This document shows positions 13,506-27,501 of a stretch of DNA of 64,000 bases, piece after piece. The position numbers were made by a program, and so were the translations under genes. How positions within the stretch are numbered: position 1 is the stretch's first letter; each line of letters opens with the position of its first letter. The notes below the pieces were generated by a model, which was not told where the DNA came from, searched no databases, and saw only the letters and a program-made list of their open reading frames with translations. This DNA comes from Octopus vulgaris (Eukaryota), in NCBI GenBank assembly GCA_951406725.2, contig OX597821.1, positions 63,488,001-63,552,000 of the forward strand, written 5' to 3'.

Positions 13506-13950
13506 CACACACACACACACACAGGTATACAGACATGCGCAACCCGCCACACACACACACATGGGTAAGCAGGGAGATAGAGAGACAGTCAGACACATAA
13601 TAAAGTTTGACCCTGGACTGTTGATTGTAGTGGTGGTCTATTTCAGATTGCCGTACTGCTGTTATTCTACACCTGGTTTTTGAAAATCCTTGCAATCGTT
13701 CATTGTGAGACTCTTACGCTAGCATCGCTGCAGCTCTTTGTTTATTTGAGAGTAAACATTGTTCAAGCTGAAGTGAGTTTCCTTGAGCACGAACAGAGAC
13801 AGTTTTCTTCGCGGTCTTTGTGCAGATAAACTAGAATATTTTCGCTTTGGTGGCATGACTGAAAAGAGCAAACGATTAAGGAACATATAAGATGGAAGAC
13901 AGCAATTTGAAGTTGTGCAGTGTATAACGTTTCATTTTTAGTAACGAATG

Positions 13951-14352
13951 TAGAGAGGAGTGGCTGGGTGGTAAGTAGCTTGCTTACCAACCACATGGTT
14001 CCGTGTTCAGTCCCACTGCGTGGCACCTTGGGCATGTGTCTTCTACTATAGCTTCGGGCCGACCAAAGCCTTGTGAGTAGATTTTGTAGATGGAAACTGA
14101 AAGAAGCCCGTCATATATATGTGTATGTGCGTGTGTGTTTGTGTGTCTGTTTGTCCCCCCCCCCAACATCACTTGACAACCGATGCTAGTGTGTTTAGGT
14201 CCCCGTAACTTAGCGGTCCAGCAAGAGAGACCGATAGAATAAGTACTAAACTTACGAAGGATAAGTCCTGGGGTTGATTTACTCGACCAAAGACGGTGCT
14301 CCAGCATGGCCGCAGTCAAATGACTGAAACAAGTAAAAAAGAGTAAATGAGT
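13951..14352 (+). mobile_element. tRNA-type SINE, family A (octopus OR-like), full length
   Basis: A-box-like tggctgggtggt, B-box-like gttcagtccc, ggcaccttgggc core, internal (TG)n, tail gactgaaacaagtaaaaaagagt. Homologous to 25743-26175 and the 48.7-50 kb copies. Confidence 0.88.
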
Positions 14353-14599
14353 ATGTAGTAAAATTCAAATCTGAATTTGTATATTGGTATTATGAGAAGA
14401 AACGGTAAGCTCTCAATTATTTGGCTGTGTTCTGTGTTGATAAGTGTAATGCATTCTGCTAGCTGATACATAGTGGAGTGGATTTCTGGCTAATGGAAGT
14501 TATTGCTTGTCCAGAAGTGAAGTGGGGAGGGTATAATTTGCATGAAAATTATCTATGTTCTTAAAAAGGATCTCAAACTATGTACTGTTCATCGAATAA

Positions 14600-15450
14600 A
14601 AAGGTGTTAATATGATTTTGCCCAGAAATCACATTTTCAAAGTTATAGTTTCCCCCCACCACCGAAATTTCCTAATTTTCTGTTTCGAATTTTTTTTGTC
14701 ATCCACGTGGTAAAATAGAGATTACAAATTTGGGAAATATAATTTGTTTTTGAAAGTTTAATTTTCCTGAAAAAAATACCGAATGCCCCTTCCCACACCT
14801 CGACCACTCATCAGTTACCCAATTTGGGGCGAAATGCAAATCTTCTGTATGGAAAACATAGGAGTGTGAGTAAATTGAAGAAAGAAATAAGGGGCGGAGT
14901 ACGTAAATGTCATCTCGATAGCCCATACGTCAAAATCGGCAACTCGGTTTTGGACTGCATAAGGAACATACATGCACACACACAAACAATTCCGTAAAAA
15001 ATTATTTATTTATGCTTTGAAGAGAACAGAAATTGAAAGAAATGAGAAAGCGAAAGTAAAGGATATGAGAAAATGAATGATGTAAGTATGTGTATATGAA
15101 ATGGACGTGTATGTGTACGTGCGTGTGTGTATGTGTGTGTGTGTGTGTGTGCGGTGCGTGTGTGCGAGAGAGAGAAAGAGTGAATGAGTGAAGGTGTTTG
15201 TCGTGATGATGGATGTCTTTTAAGGTACATACTCATATAGAACATGTCACTTCATCGTTGTCGTCGTCGAATAAAATGTTTTTTAACGATACATAACTTA
15301 TGGAAAAGATTATAATTTTAAATTTTTGTAATGCAAATATGTCAAAGAAAATAAAGCTCGTTTGGTACCCGAAATAGTACTGAATCTTTTGATACACCGT
15401 ACGTCAAAATCGGTAGATCGATTTTGGAATGCATAAAGAACATACGACAC
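14600..15450 (-). mobile_element. two fragments of a Helitron-like non-autonomous repeat
   Basis: 14925-14970 and 15399-15445 are homologous (tacgtcaaaatcgg...ttttgga.tgcataa.gaacatac), each next to a (CA)n tract, as in the 5' region of non-autonomous Helitron-like elements. Termini not resolved. Confidence 0.45.
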
Positions 15451-15480
15451 ACACATACACACACACACACACGTACACAT

Positions 15481-15521
<41 letters not shown>

Positions 15522-16126
15522 AGACATAAATAGCACTCAATTTTATATACATGCAATCCCATAGATATATTCGGACATACACGTCTTCGTATATACTCTT
15601 TGTATACGCATGTTTTATATAAGCGTGTATGTACACACATGCATACACGCACTCACACACACGTGTGTATGTGCGTGTGTGTGAGCACGTGCATATTTGT
15701 ATACATGTATATGTATGTATGTCTATGAGGCATCCATGGATAATACACTCATGATTCGGCAAATTTACGTGCGTTCAAATCGAATTGTATCATTTTGCTT
15801 GAGAAATATTCGATTTATTTCCATGACTGTAGAATTAACACACCTTTATAACCAACGGACCTATAATCGATTTCTCTTTCCTGATAAGTATTATCGGTGT
15901 GCATTTCATGTACATGATTAATGCAATGAACGTAGGCAGAATATACTAAGTTTTTCGGTATCATCCTTTACCTCAGCATAAATATAACATTAGGCTGATG
16001 ATGAAAATTTATTTCCTATTCTATATTTACGTGTTACGAGTACGTAATTTTGTGTTGTAAGATACAATGAAATTTCATTACGTTGCTTCCGAATCTTTTT
16101 TTTATTAAAGCTAATTATATATGAAC

Positions 16127-16184
16127 ATTGTTGTTATTATTATTATTATTTTTATTATTATTATTACTATTATTATTATTATTA

Positions 16185-16266
<82 letters not shown>
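16127..16266. repeat. (TTA)n microsatellite
   Basis: Directly visible. Confidence 0.95.
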
Positions 16267-17050
16267 TACTTACCGTACTACATTCTGAATCGCTTGTAAT
16301 TCTTTGGCGACAATGTTCACAAGCGTCTAACAATATACAAAAGCTCCAGACACTTCGTTTCAGTCTATATGAATATGGACATACTTTTGTGAGAATCTGG
16401 TAAGAATAAAAACTGAACATTTTAAACCAACTTCATTCTGGTTGAAGTTTAGTAATTATAGCACAAGTCTTTTCATTCTATATTCCTGCTACTTCACGAG
16501 TCTTTTTCGTCATTCCGTTTCTTCCTTCCTTTACGACTCTATTGTCAACCAAACAATGCTATACCTAGCAGAAACAAATGAAATGATGGAAAGCAATTTA
16601 TTCTTTAACATATGCCAGTGAGTAATATCTACACAAAGAGCATTCGCAATAGCTTCTCACTTTTCTTTATAATGAAAACAGAGATATTAATGCAACTTTA
16701 GAGCCGACTATGTCATTTAGGTTCTTCATCTAAACTGAAGAAAGAAGCATTCGAGTGGCAAATCTGAAAAACTCATTATCCCATTGGACCTTGTGTCAAA
16801 GATGCATCACATTATTAACCTAAGGGCAGAATTTCCATCTTCGAAAGAAGCATAGAATTGAAAATTAAACATACACATAAAAATATTTAGACACACATAT
16901 ACAAAGTATCATACATAAGCAAATAGAATCTCACGCACAGGTACACATTATATACATACATGCACACATACATACATATACATACATATATACATATAAT
17001 TGCATATACATACATATACATACATATATACATACATATATAAATATAAT

Positions 17051-17106
<56 letters not shown>

Positions 17107-17864
17107 GGCATACATATATATATATATGTATGTATGTATGTATATGTATATATATACATATATATATATAAGCGTACATAGTTAAATATATATTTATACG
17201 TATTTATGTATATACACATATATGCTTACATGTGTGTGTCTCTTTCATTTTCTCCACTCACACTGTCACACATACACACAGATATATACATACATACATA
17301 CACACACATACATACATACATACATACATACATACATACATACATACATACATACATACATACATGCATATATATATATATAATTATTTTAGAGACGTGG
17401 AGATGATATAATACTATCGAAGATATGTCATATACAGAAAATATCCACTGAAGATATACGAGTAATGTTTTAGAATATCCCTGCCATACCAGATATCATA
17501 AATATACTGTAAAATTAAACTTGTCTCCAAAACCTTCGTATATCTCATGACTTTACTCATACATGCAAACATATTACACACACGCACGCACATGCATGCA
17601 TGTATGTATGTATGTATGTATGTATGTATGTATGTATGTATGTATGTATGTATGTATGAATGTATGTATGTATTGATTTGTTTGGGATCGTAAATTTCAG
17701 AGGTTTATTCCCAATTCAACTGGTTTATAATGTATGAAGCAATTTTGTTGATGGTTTATGTTCTGATTTATTCCCAGCTGCGTTTTCTGCTGTATTATTT
17801 CGAATATGACGACAGAAACGGAATTTGCAGCATCCATGCCTTTTAAACATTTCATAATTCAATG

Positions 17865-18060
17865 CAGTAATTCCTCGATTATTGCGGGTGTTACGTTCCA
17901 ACCCACCTCCTGCGATAGGTGAAAATCTGCGAAGTAGAAACAGTACTATACAGTGTATTTATTTCTATAAATTCTATATATTTATTTTACATAACACCAC
18001 AAAGGCAAACGCGATAGGCGAACCGCGATAGTTGAACCGCAATATGGCGAAGAGTTACTA
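17865..18060. mobile_element. Tigger/pogo-like MITE
   Basis: Imperfect TIRs cagtaattcctcgattattgcgg and, reverse complemented, tagtaactcttcgccatattgcgg; internal cgcgatag repeats; TA at right flank. Confidence 0.7.
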
Positions 18061-18087
18061 TAGATTGTTTTAATGTGTTCTAACTGT

Positions 18088-18490
18088 AAGGCGGCGAGCT
18101 GGCAGAAACGTTAGCACGCTGGGCGAAATGCGTAGCCGTATTTCGTCTGCCGTTACGTTTTGAGTTCAAATTCCGCCGAAGTCGACTTTGCCTTTCATCC
18201 TTTCGTGGTCGATAAATTAAGTACCAGTTACGCACTGGGGTCGATATAATCGACTTAATCCGTTTGTCTGTCCTTGTTTGTCCTTTCTGTGTTTAGTCCC
18301 TTGTGGGTAGGAAAGAAATAGGTATTTCGTGTGTCTTTACGTTCTGAGTTCAAATTCCGCCGAGGTCGACTTTGCCTTTCATCCTTTCGGGGTTGATAAA
18401 TTAAGTACCAGTCACGCACTGGCGTCGATCTAATCGACTAGGCCCCCTCCAACAAAATTTCGGGTCTTGTTCCTAGTGTAGAAAAGAATA
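18088..18490 (+). mobile_element. SINE family B with Deu/Nin-like domain, internally duplicated (dimeric)
   Basis: Head ggcggcgagctggcagaaacgttagc; the block gagttcaaattccgccga.gtcgactttgcctttcatcctttcg.gg.gataaattaagtaccag occurs twice (~18160 and ~18345). Confidence 0.85.
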
Positions 18491-18821
18491 CATTCTAATG
18501 GTATTTCAAACTGAATCCCACATTAAGGTTTTAGTGTTTTGCTTTTTTCTTTTATTTTTTTTTTCTTCAGATACCTTTCTCGTTATGAAGTTCATGACTA
18601 TATCAGTGAATGTATAGAGATTAAAACGTACTTATATTTGTATAATTTTGATAAGCTCCTAAAAGTTGAATTAAAATAATATCGACAGCGTGAATCATTA
18701 ACTCTGCTTATTGCAAAAGTACTTCATTGTTCTGAGTATATTCCGCCTCTTCTAAGCTAACAAACCTACTCCAAAATCTAAGATAATGGATAAAAATTAC
18801 GGTTGGCTTCTTGTCTTACCG

Positions 18822-19886
18822 TTTTGTTGATTGCATAATCCCTTATCGCCTGACTCGTTGTTATTTCGTCCATGGATCGAAACATTTAAGTATTGAAACC
18901 AAGACTATCTCATTTTCCTTTCGTGCATTGGGAATTATGCACTACATTAACAAATGCACCTTTTGAAGGCCGTAGAATATGATTCGCAAGATATTCCACA
19001 GCTATTTCATTAATGGCGATACACTGTTTAGAATTTGACACGTTGATTTATGTAGATCTACCAATCATGTGAGTTGCAACAATGGAGAACCACGTTGTGT
19101 TCTCTCAACAACCGGACAGCCATTTTTGTTGTTTCTCTAGCTTTATCGTTAATATGTGGGTCAATCGCGACGCATAGAACATCAGAATTCTGAAAGCTAA
19201 ATATTTTTGCATATTATTCTTAGTTGCAAATATTCTTGAAAAGCGTGTTCCATTCCTTCTCACCTTGCTCTTTTAAAACTAACAGCAATATACGGAAGAA
19301 GGTCATTAAGAATATTACTTGTACGAAAATTATACGAAAATTACAATAGTATCAAAATGAAATAATATATTCTGATATTAGGATCCACAATAACAAGTAC
19401 AAATCTATATAGAATGCTCAAAAGTATTGGCAATAAGGTTAATAGATCAGCTATGAATTTCTTTGAAAGGAGATCAATCAATAATCGCATAGTATTAGGG
19501 GTAGTTATAAATATACCTCATTTCCATGAAGTTACAGTGCCTTATTTTCCTGTTATACGCTGTTTTGTAGTTCGTTGCTATCTCGTTGTGAAAGATGTAA
19601 AAGTAACGTACGATCATAATTGTTCTCCCATTCTTCGACCAAAGGTGGTGATTATATTCGTATTTTTAAAGCTTCAATTATCTGCTTACAATAATTTTCT
19701 GTTATTTTCTAACTTTTATTTCTAATTCATATCTGCGTGTCTAAATGGTGCGCTTAAGTAGGTGCCGTACAACACAGTACATTGTTTATTACGCTTAGTT
19801 ACGCTTAAACCTGAAAAACAACCATTATCCACCCATCCATTGATAATAAAAATGCGTACACTACCTTAGTTCTTTATTCAGATATT

Positions 19887-19919
<33 letters not shown>

Positions 19920-19922
19920 AAA

Positions 19923-19954
<32 letters not shown>

Positions 19955-20834
19955 TTGTATTGTTGTTATTGTAGAAGGATCAACCGTGTAATTTTTTTTC
20001 TTTAACGTATAATTAGATCTAATTTGTCACTCGGATTCATGTGTGTAATGTTCACCAAGACGAAGTCCAAAAACAAATTCAGCAGCGTCATCAATCATGT
20101 ATTGTATTTGAATCTTGTCTTTGAAGTAGGTTTCTACTTATATCCTATGTGTAAACCTTTAGGTCTTTATCGATGTTTTGGATTGTGGTAATTATCGCAT
20201 GATCACAAACAGAAGAGTGTTCATTGTTTGTCGACGTATAACATATATACATTTACTGCATTGCTTGGTTGCAGAAATTTTCGTGTCAGCTCAATTGAAA
20301 AAAATAAAACATAGTGTAACTGATATTTCTTTTAATGCAATTATTTTGAGAGGGCAGATTGGCAGTTCTAAAACAAATAGATCAAAGTAGACGTGTTGTA
20401 CTAAAAATTCTTATGTTGTAATATGTAATTCGTCACATTTATTACATTCTTCATCTATCACAAATTACTTGATATGATGAATTCATGGCTTACACTCAGA
20501 TTTCATACTTACTGTTCCTGATTACCCAGAAAAAAAAACACGGATGTAGCAAGAGTAACATACAATACTAAATATTTCAGGAGTTCCACGAAACATCTTT
20601 CGAATAGTCGGTTCGATAGTGAAACTCTCACTGTTGACATTATGAGCTTTTCATTTATGTATTTAAGAATATACTGAAGTTAAGGATTTTGTTGATTGCG
20701 TACTCTCTTATCGCCTGACTCGTTGTTATTTCGTCCATGGACCGAAACATATAAGTATTGAAACCAAGACTATCTAATTTTTCTTTTGTGCATTGATAAT
20801 TATGCAATACAGTAACAAATGCACCTTTTGAAGG
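18822..20834 (+). repeat. 148-bp dispersed direct repeat (18822-18969 and 20687-20834)
   Basis: The two copies align without gaps at roughly 85-90% identity by eye. Confidence 0.9.
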
Positions 20835-20864
20835 ATTAAGTTCTGTTATTTACATATGTATATC

Positions 20865-21101
20865 TGACGGTTGCAGTCACGATCGTGAGATCGCTGTTGC
20901 GATCCCTGCACCAGATTCTGCGTTGTGCTCTTGAACGAAGGACTTCACTTCACGTTGCTCTGCTATCACCTGAAAACCTGACGCGTGATACACCGTGCGC
21001 CGGTTCATGCAACGTCAATTTCATGGTCGAAGTGAGTATACAGCACAAACATTCGATCACTATAAATAAATCATTTTTACAGGTTCCATAAAAAAAAAAA
21101 A
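20865..21101 (+). mobile_element. SINE family C, degraded, ending in a poly(A)
   Basis: gcgttgtgctcttgaacgaaggacttcacttcacgttgctc core, shared with 54030-54080; A-run at 21089-21101. Confidence 0.55.
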
Positions 21102-22509
21102 TGCAGAGCCCTCCTAGAACCACATGAGACTACCACCGCATCAAACGTATATACATTCCTTTTTGGAACTGGCAGACATTTCTCAATGATCCGTTAGAAA
21201 TATGCGTACACGTATCTAGTATCAAATGTAAAAGTATCTTAGAATAATACATTAGAGAATAAACGGCAATGATATAATTTCCGTCATGTGAATACACAAC
21301 CGGTTACATAAACAAGCAGTGATGCGCTCGACTCAGTTTCAATACATCAACAACATTGTTAATAGACATCATTAAGGACAAACAAAAGTAAATAGCAGGA
21401 ATATTTCGACTTGATCTTAATTTATTTGCCCCTCATTAACCCGTGTAATATATTGTATCAGAGTGTTCATGAAATTAAAAGTGTACAAAATAAAATAAAA
21501 CTCCGATATATATTTACTTACATACGAGAAACGAAGAAAAATGTATGTTTTTTAAGCATATAAAAATAACGAAATCATTTTAATAATAAATATGATGCAG
21601 GGTATTAATGTTGAACTACGAAAGAGTATACTTGTTTTCATTAAATATACACAGAAACTATTTCATGGATTCCTTTACCTTTTCCTCATTATTATACTTC
21701 CATTTTCTACAGTAACTACTACATCACACGCCTTCAAAATATCACCCGTTTCATATATTTTCCTTATTGACACAGAAATTTTACTCTTTCATATATTAAA
21801 AAAAACATACAAACATTTTTTAATATTATCTTACGCATAACATCGTTTAGATTTTTCCCCACATACAGGGTCTTCGTAGACTGCGTTTGAAATACATAAA
21901 TACATATATACGTGTATGGGAATGTGTGTTTTGTGTGTATGTATTATATATATATATATATATATACATATATATATTTGTGTGTGTGTGTGTGTGCGTT
22001 TGTGTGTGTATATATCTATAAGGAAAAGAAATTATTTAATTATCTGTATAAAAATAACACCTTTTGTGCATTCATTTTCTGGTAGCAGTTTTAGGATAGT
22101 AGAACAGAAATTTGAAACAAAACTCCGTTTATCGACGAGTTAGTGAATAATAAGCATTTTCCTTTATAAAATTAAGAAATCTGTCAGTGTTCACGTATTC
22201 TAAATGCAGTAAATATACGAATATATTTTTCCGTGCATTATTATAACATCTAGGCCTGTCACATCTATTTTATGCATCAAAGATTATGCCTTCCCACCGC
22301 TATTAATATTGTGAGATTTTCATTATCAATGATGATATTGTTCGAGTCACTCATTAATATTATCTGTAACAAATTATGAATTTAATGTAAAAGTGTATAT
22401 GTAATTATTAGACAATTCTTCACTGTGGTGTTTTAGGAATATACGTTGCAGTAATATGATTTATTCTATATATATTTATTCGGTGAGATGTTATTGAATT
22501 CTCTTTGCC

Positions 22510-23330
22510 CTTTTCAGCTCCTTTAAAAAGTCAGCTCGACCAAGAAAGAAAAATATTCAAATGAAGTGATCTCTGCAGAAATATGAAGAGAAAAAAATGT
22601 AATATCAAGACGGGTGATAAAGCTTATGACTGAATGAGTTCTGTGCAGGACTTCCTCGGTAAAACAGCATTATGAAAATTTTCATAGTTCGCTTTCCGAT
22701 AAAAATGAGCAAAAACAAACTGGTAATATTTCTCGAGGAACTAACACAAAGAATGCAATCAAATGGTCAAATGTTTTAATGCAATTTGCTTCGGGCAGTT
22801 CCAACGTAGATTTCACAGATTATGGTTCAGCATGGAAAACAACTGATTGTTCTTCCATGCTGAAAACCAGCATGGGAAACCGCATATTAAAGAATCAGGG
22901 ATATAATGTGCTCCTTTTCTTTTGATGGTTTTCCATAAGAGGGAAATATTATTCAGCACATTAAGGATATTGCAGTGAATAGAAGCAGTGACAAAAAACA
23001 GAATATCTAAAAATCAAAACAAACAAATCAGAAGAGCCACCAAAATTTATTGGTTCATGTCAATTCCATTCCATTTGTTTAGATGAAAACTCTGATATTA
23101 CATCATTTGCAAGGCTAGTTGTTATTGCTCGATTTTGTTGGGGTTATGAAATATGCAGAAATCTGGTGAACATTACTTGAGAATATTACAGGAACTGAAT
23201 TATGTAAGGCAGTAGTAAAGCAATTGCATAACAGAGGGACCTCTCAAAAATTGCGTCTTTGTGGTAATTGATGAGTCTTAAGCAAAACTGGTAGAGAACG
23301 CTTTTTGTAAAATTTGTTTTACGAAATATT
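22510..23330 (+). pseudogene. hAT (Charlie/GTF2IRD2-like) transposase relic
   Basis: Translatable patches EKKCNIK, QHGK, IQHIKDIAVNRS, SCQFHSICLDENSDITSFARLVVIARFC (LDESTD-type first catalytic D) and ITGTELCKAVV. Confidence 0.8.
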
Positions 23331-23377
23331 TTGGACATACGTTATAGCAGGGATAATTTCTGCGAGGTGGTATCCTT

Positions 23378-23625
<248 letters not shown>

Positions 23626-24310
23626 ATAATATAATGTTTCTTGTCTTTGTTGACGTCCTGAGCGTCCGGATGAAACAACTTTTCACGAATGAAAAATGTT
23701 CTTCTGTAGCCTTATATCATGTTCTGGGGATTTGTAGATCAAATTTTGTTGCCGAACTTTTCAACAATTTACATTATATTCGTTAGTAAGTTTGTCAATA
23801 TGAAGCGGTTTGAAATGAAATAAAAATGTTTTAAACAAGAAGGAAATATTAGGATTAATATTTTTGTTAAATATTAAAATCGTAGATATGAGCCTCAAAG
23901 CCATAATAAAAGTAACGTGTTTTCAGAAGCAAACAGCGAATATAACAGAATCAGTGATACTATAATGTATTATAAGGTTTACAAAGTTCTGATCAATTGT
24001 AGAAATTGCAAAATATGTTCATTCTTCCAACTTTGTGTTTTCGACAACTCTAAATTCGAAATAGAGCAGTGGATGAATTTGTTTAAATTTGATACGTAAG
24101 TGATTACTAAACTAAAAAAGTTCATAAATTACTATTTTAAATCTCACGAGAGATATTCAGCAACAGTACTTTGGAGTAAAGATTGCTTGCCAACATAAGG
24201 TTGTGAGATTTAAAAAATAGTAATTTTCTAATTTATAGATCGGTGATTGGTTGTCATTTTGAAAACTATATAATTCGAACGGGAATTTGGCAGCGCCACA
24301 TCTAGCCGAA

Positions 24311-24367
24311 CAATTGTTCTGTGCTGATGAAGGGAAATAACCCGGAAATCGCAATACACAGATATTG
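24311..24367 (+). ncRNA. minimal type I hammerhead ribozyme motif, probably in a Penelope-like repeat
   Basis: tctgtg-CTGATGA-a-GGGaaataaCCC-g-GAAA-t-cgca-a-TA-cacaga. Stem I tctgtg/cacaga, extended by caat/attg; stem II GGG/CCC; 2-bp stem III; AUA triplet. Confidence 0.65.
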
Positions 24368-25742
24368 TTTTGAACTGAGTGAGAGTGCTAGATTCCCTTG
24401 TTCGAAAATATAAGGACACTGATCGTGTCGTATAGCCAGCTGGAGACGATGTCTCCTGGGGCTAAATTACAGTGACATTCGTCCTAAACCAGGACTGTCA
24501 TGTAATGTTGGTAAACAATCTTTACTCTAAAAATGTTCAGTTTATTGAAACCATTTAGAGTCGATGAAAAAATGCATTGAAAGGGTTTGAGTAACGAGAG
24601 TAATAGGACCGAAAATTCCGGAGTTTGATTATTTGATATTTTGGAAACGTTTTCTTGAAAATTTATCCCTTATGAAAAGTTTTGCAGTGGTAACATTAAC
24701 AGTATATTCGTCAACACATTAATGTTAGAGAATATTTTCTTCTACTTCGTGATATGTCATGTTTTTTTGTAGGAGAAATTTTACTGACAAAAGTTCTCAA
24801 AATAACCAAACTATCATCGAAAATATTTCAATGGTATCGAAATACGTAATCCTTTGATTTTTGTTTTGTTTCATAAAAGTTAACATGTATTGAATAATAT
24901 TATTCGGTTTTATATAATTTACATCTGTTTTCTTATTATTTGTTGCTTTAAAATAATACAATATTGTTGTCTATTCTCTTTCATAATTGCAATTAATTCT
25001 TAACATTGTCTTTCTAAAACCATTGATATTATTTAAAAACACTTTCTAAAATGTTTCGATTTATTTCAACGTCTCTGTTATATCATCGTTAATAGTAAAA
25101 CAATGAATGCACTTAAGTATCAAACTTCTGCCAAAAAATAAATCCATTATTGCTATTTATTCATTCATTTTACTTTTTGTGAATTATTTGTTATAAACAA
25201 AATGTAAATGCTAAAGCTGTCCTATTCAAATAAATCGGAAGTTATTGATTGTATAAAATATATATGTTCAGGATTAGTTCTAAATATTTTCTCCTGGCTA
25301 TTCATAAAATAATTTGCAAAAATCTTAATCTGCTGCTCAAAAATATCCACGGGGCCATTATTTAGAAATTAAAAGGAATGCTGTTAGACTCTTTTAACAT
25401 CTTTCTCTACCCTTGGGATATATGTATTGTGTTACGTTGTTTATTGGTATTTTCGCCAAGTATGTGACGTACAAGCTTATTGTATTGTTGATTCTATTGG
25501 TGTAGTGGAACAGAATTGAGATGTTTGATTTGTCGTATAAGAGGACTTCGTTTCGGGGAGTTCGTAAAATCGCGTACCCTGGTATGTTTTTTAATGCTTG
25601 GTATATGTATTCATTGTACATTACTGATTTTACTTCTATGCACCACGCCACACCACACGCGTATTAAAATTAAAACACTCGCTCTTCGAGGTTTTCTCGA
25701 TCTGATTGTCTGACGGCCAAAATACAGTCATTTCTATTATAG

Positions 25743-26175
25743 TACTCTTTTATTCTTTTACTTGTTTCAGTCATTTAACTGTAGCCATGCTGGAGCACCG
25801 CCATTTGTCGAGCAATCGACCACAGGACTTATTCTTTGTAAGCCTAGTAATTATTCTATCAGCCTCTTTTGCCGAACCTCTAAGTTACGGGGACATAAAC
25901 ACACCAGCATCGGTTGTGAAGCGATGTTGGAGTGGGGGACAAACACAATGTTGGGGGGACAAACACATAAACACATACACACAAACATACATATATATAT
26001 ACATATATACGACGGGTTTCTTTCAGTTTCCGTCTACCAAATCCACTCACAATGCTTTGGTCAGCCTGAGGCTATAGTAGAAGACGACACTTGCCCAAGG
26101 TGCCACGCATTTGGAATGGACCCAGAACCATGTGGTTGGTAAGCAAGCTACTTACCACACAGCCACTCCTGCGCC
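25743..26175 (-). mobile_element. SINE family A, full length with TSD
   Basis: Reverse complement of the 13951 element. ctattatagtact is present on both sides (25734-25746 and 26175-26187). Confidence 0.9.
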
Positions 26176-27268
26176 TATTATAGTACTTTACTATATTTGA
26201 GTGATTTTCTCTAACGTCTTTAGTCAGCTAAAAACACATGTCCTAAATTATTAACACTACACTCTAATGTCTGATACATGTCTATGCTGCTCAGTTTATT
26301 ACTCAGTTGTCAAAAATCTCCACTATATAATATTTATTGATGTATTCAAATATTGAAGGTATTTTGCATCGAATATTGCGGTTAACTCGTCTGATTGCAT
26401 TATTTTCATCCCATACTTGCGTTTTTTTTAAACATTTTCTCTACCTTGTTATTATTCTAGTTATTTAGCTAAATTCAGACATTCGATTTTGTTTTTAACA
26501 CGAAGATTTTAAACCATTGTTAGCCCTCAATCTGGCATGTTTAATCTCGACTGAATATCGCGTGACTTTGGACTGAAATAGCTTTTCCTGTTCTTTTTAA
26601 ATCTTAAGTATATTTAGGAATTTTGATTTGATCTTGTCTTTTTATTTCATTCCGATTTTTTTCTATGATGTCTTACTTTTCTAAATATATCCTCCGAGTT
26701 TAGTTAACTTCTTGTTTGTTCTTTTTTTATTTAGTTTCTTTCATAATATAAAAAGTAAAATTTTCTGCTTTCATCATATTTTCTTATCCTACAAATTTCT
26801 ATTTGTAATATTTTAAGCTCTTGTACCCCTGCAGTTGCTTTTTGTGTTTATCTAATTACGTCAGTTTCTGTTATCCCCGTGTGTGAAGTGACTTAAGTCT
26901 AACTATATCGCCTTTAGGATGATTGTTTCAGACTGCTATCAATATTTCTTTTTTTTAGATCAAAGTTCTTCAGTTCAATCAAATACCAGTTTATTATGTT
27001 AAAGTTGTAGTTTATATTTGGGATTCTTACTCTTTAACCGTATTGCTTGTACTGGGATCAGTTATTTGCTTAACTGCACTGTTTTGTTCTTTAAAAATGT
27101 CCTCTTCCAGTTTCTTGAATTGTATCTTGTAACACCTACAACTAAGAATGTTTCGGTTCTATATTTAAGAGATGAGGAAATATGTACAGTATTTACATTA
27201 CGTATGTTATTTACATTTGACGGATATTTATCCTCATTTTGACTGTTGTTAACACAACGTTTCGTTTG

Positions 27269-27270
<2 letters not shown>

Positions 27271-27334
<64 letters not shown>

Positions 27335-27341
27335 CAACAAC

Positions 27342-27421
<80 letters not shown>

Positions 27422-27428
27422 TAACAAC

Positions 27429-27499
<71 letters not shown>
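27271..27499. repeat. (TAA)n microsatellite
   Basis: Directly visible. Confidence 0.95.

Positions 27500-27501
<2 letters not shown>

Noticed and set aside
13951-14030. tRNA-like A/B boxes
   Set aside because: SINE head; no cloverleaf, so not a tRNA gene.
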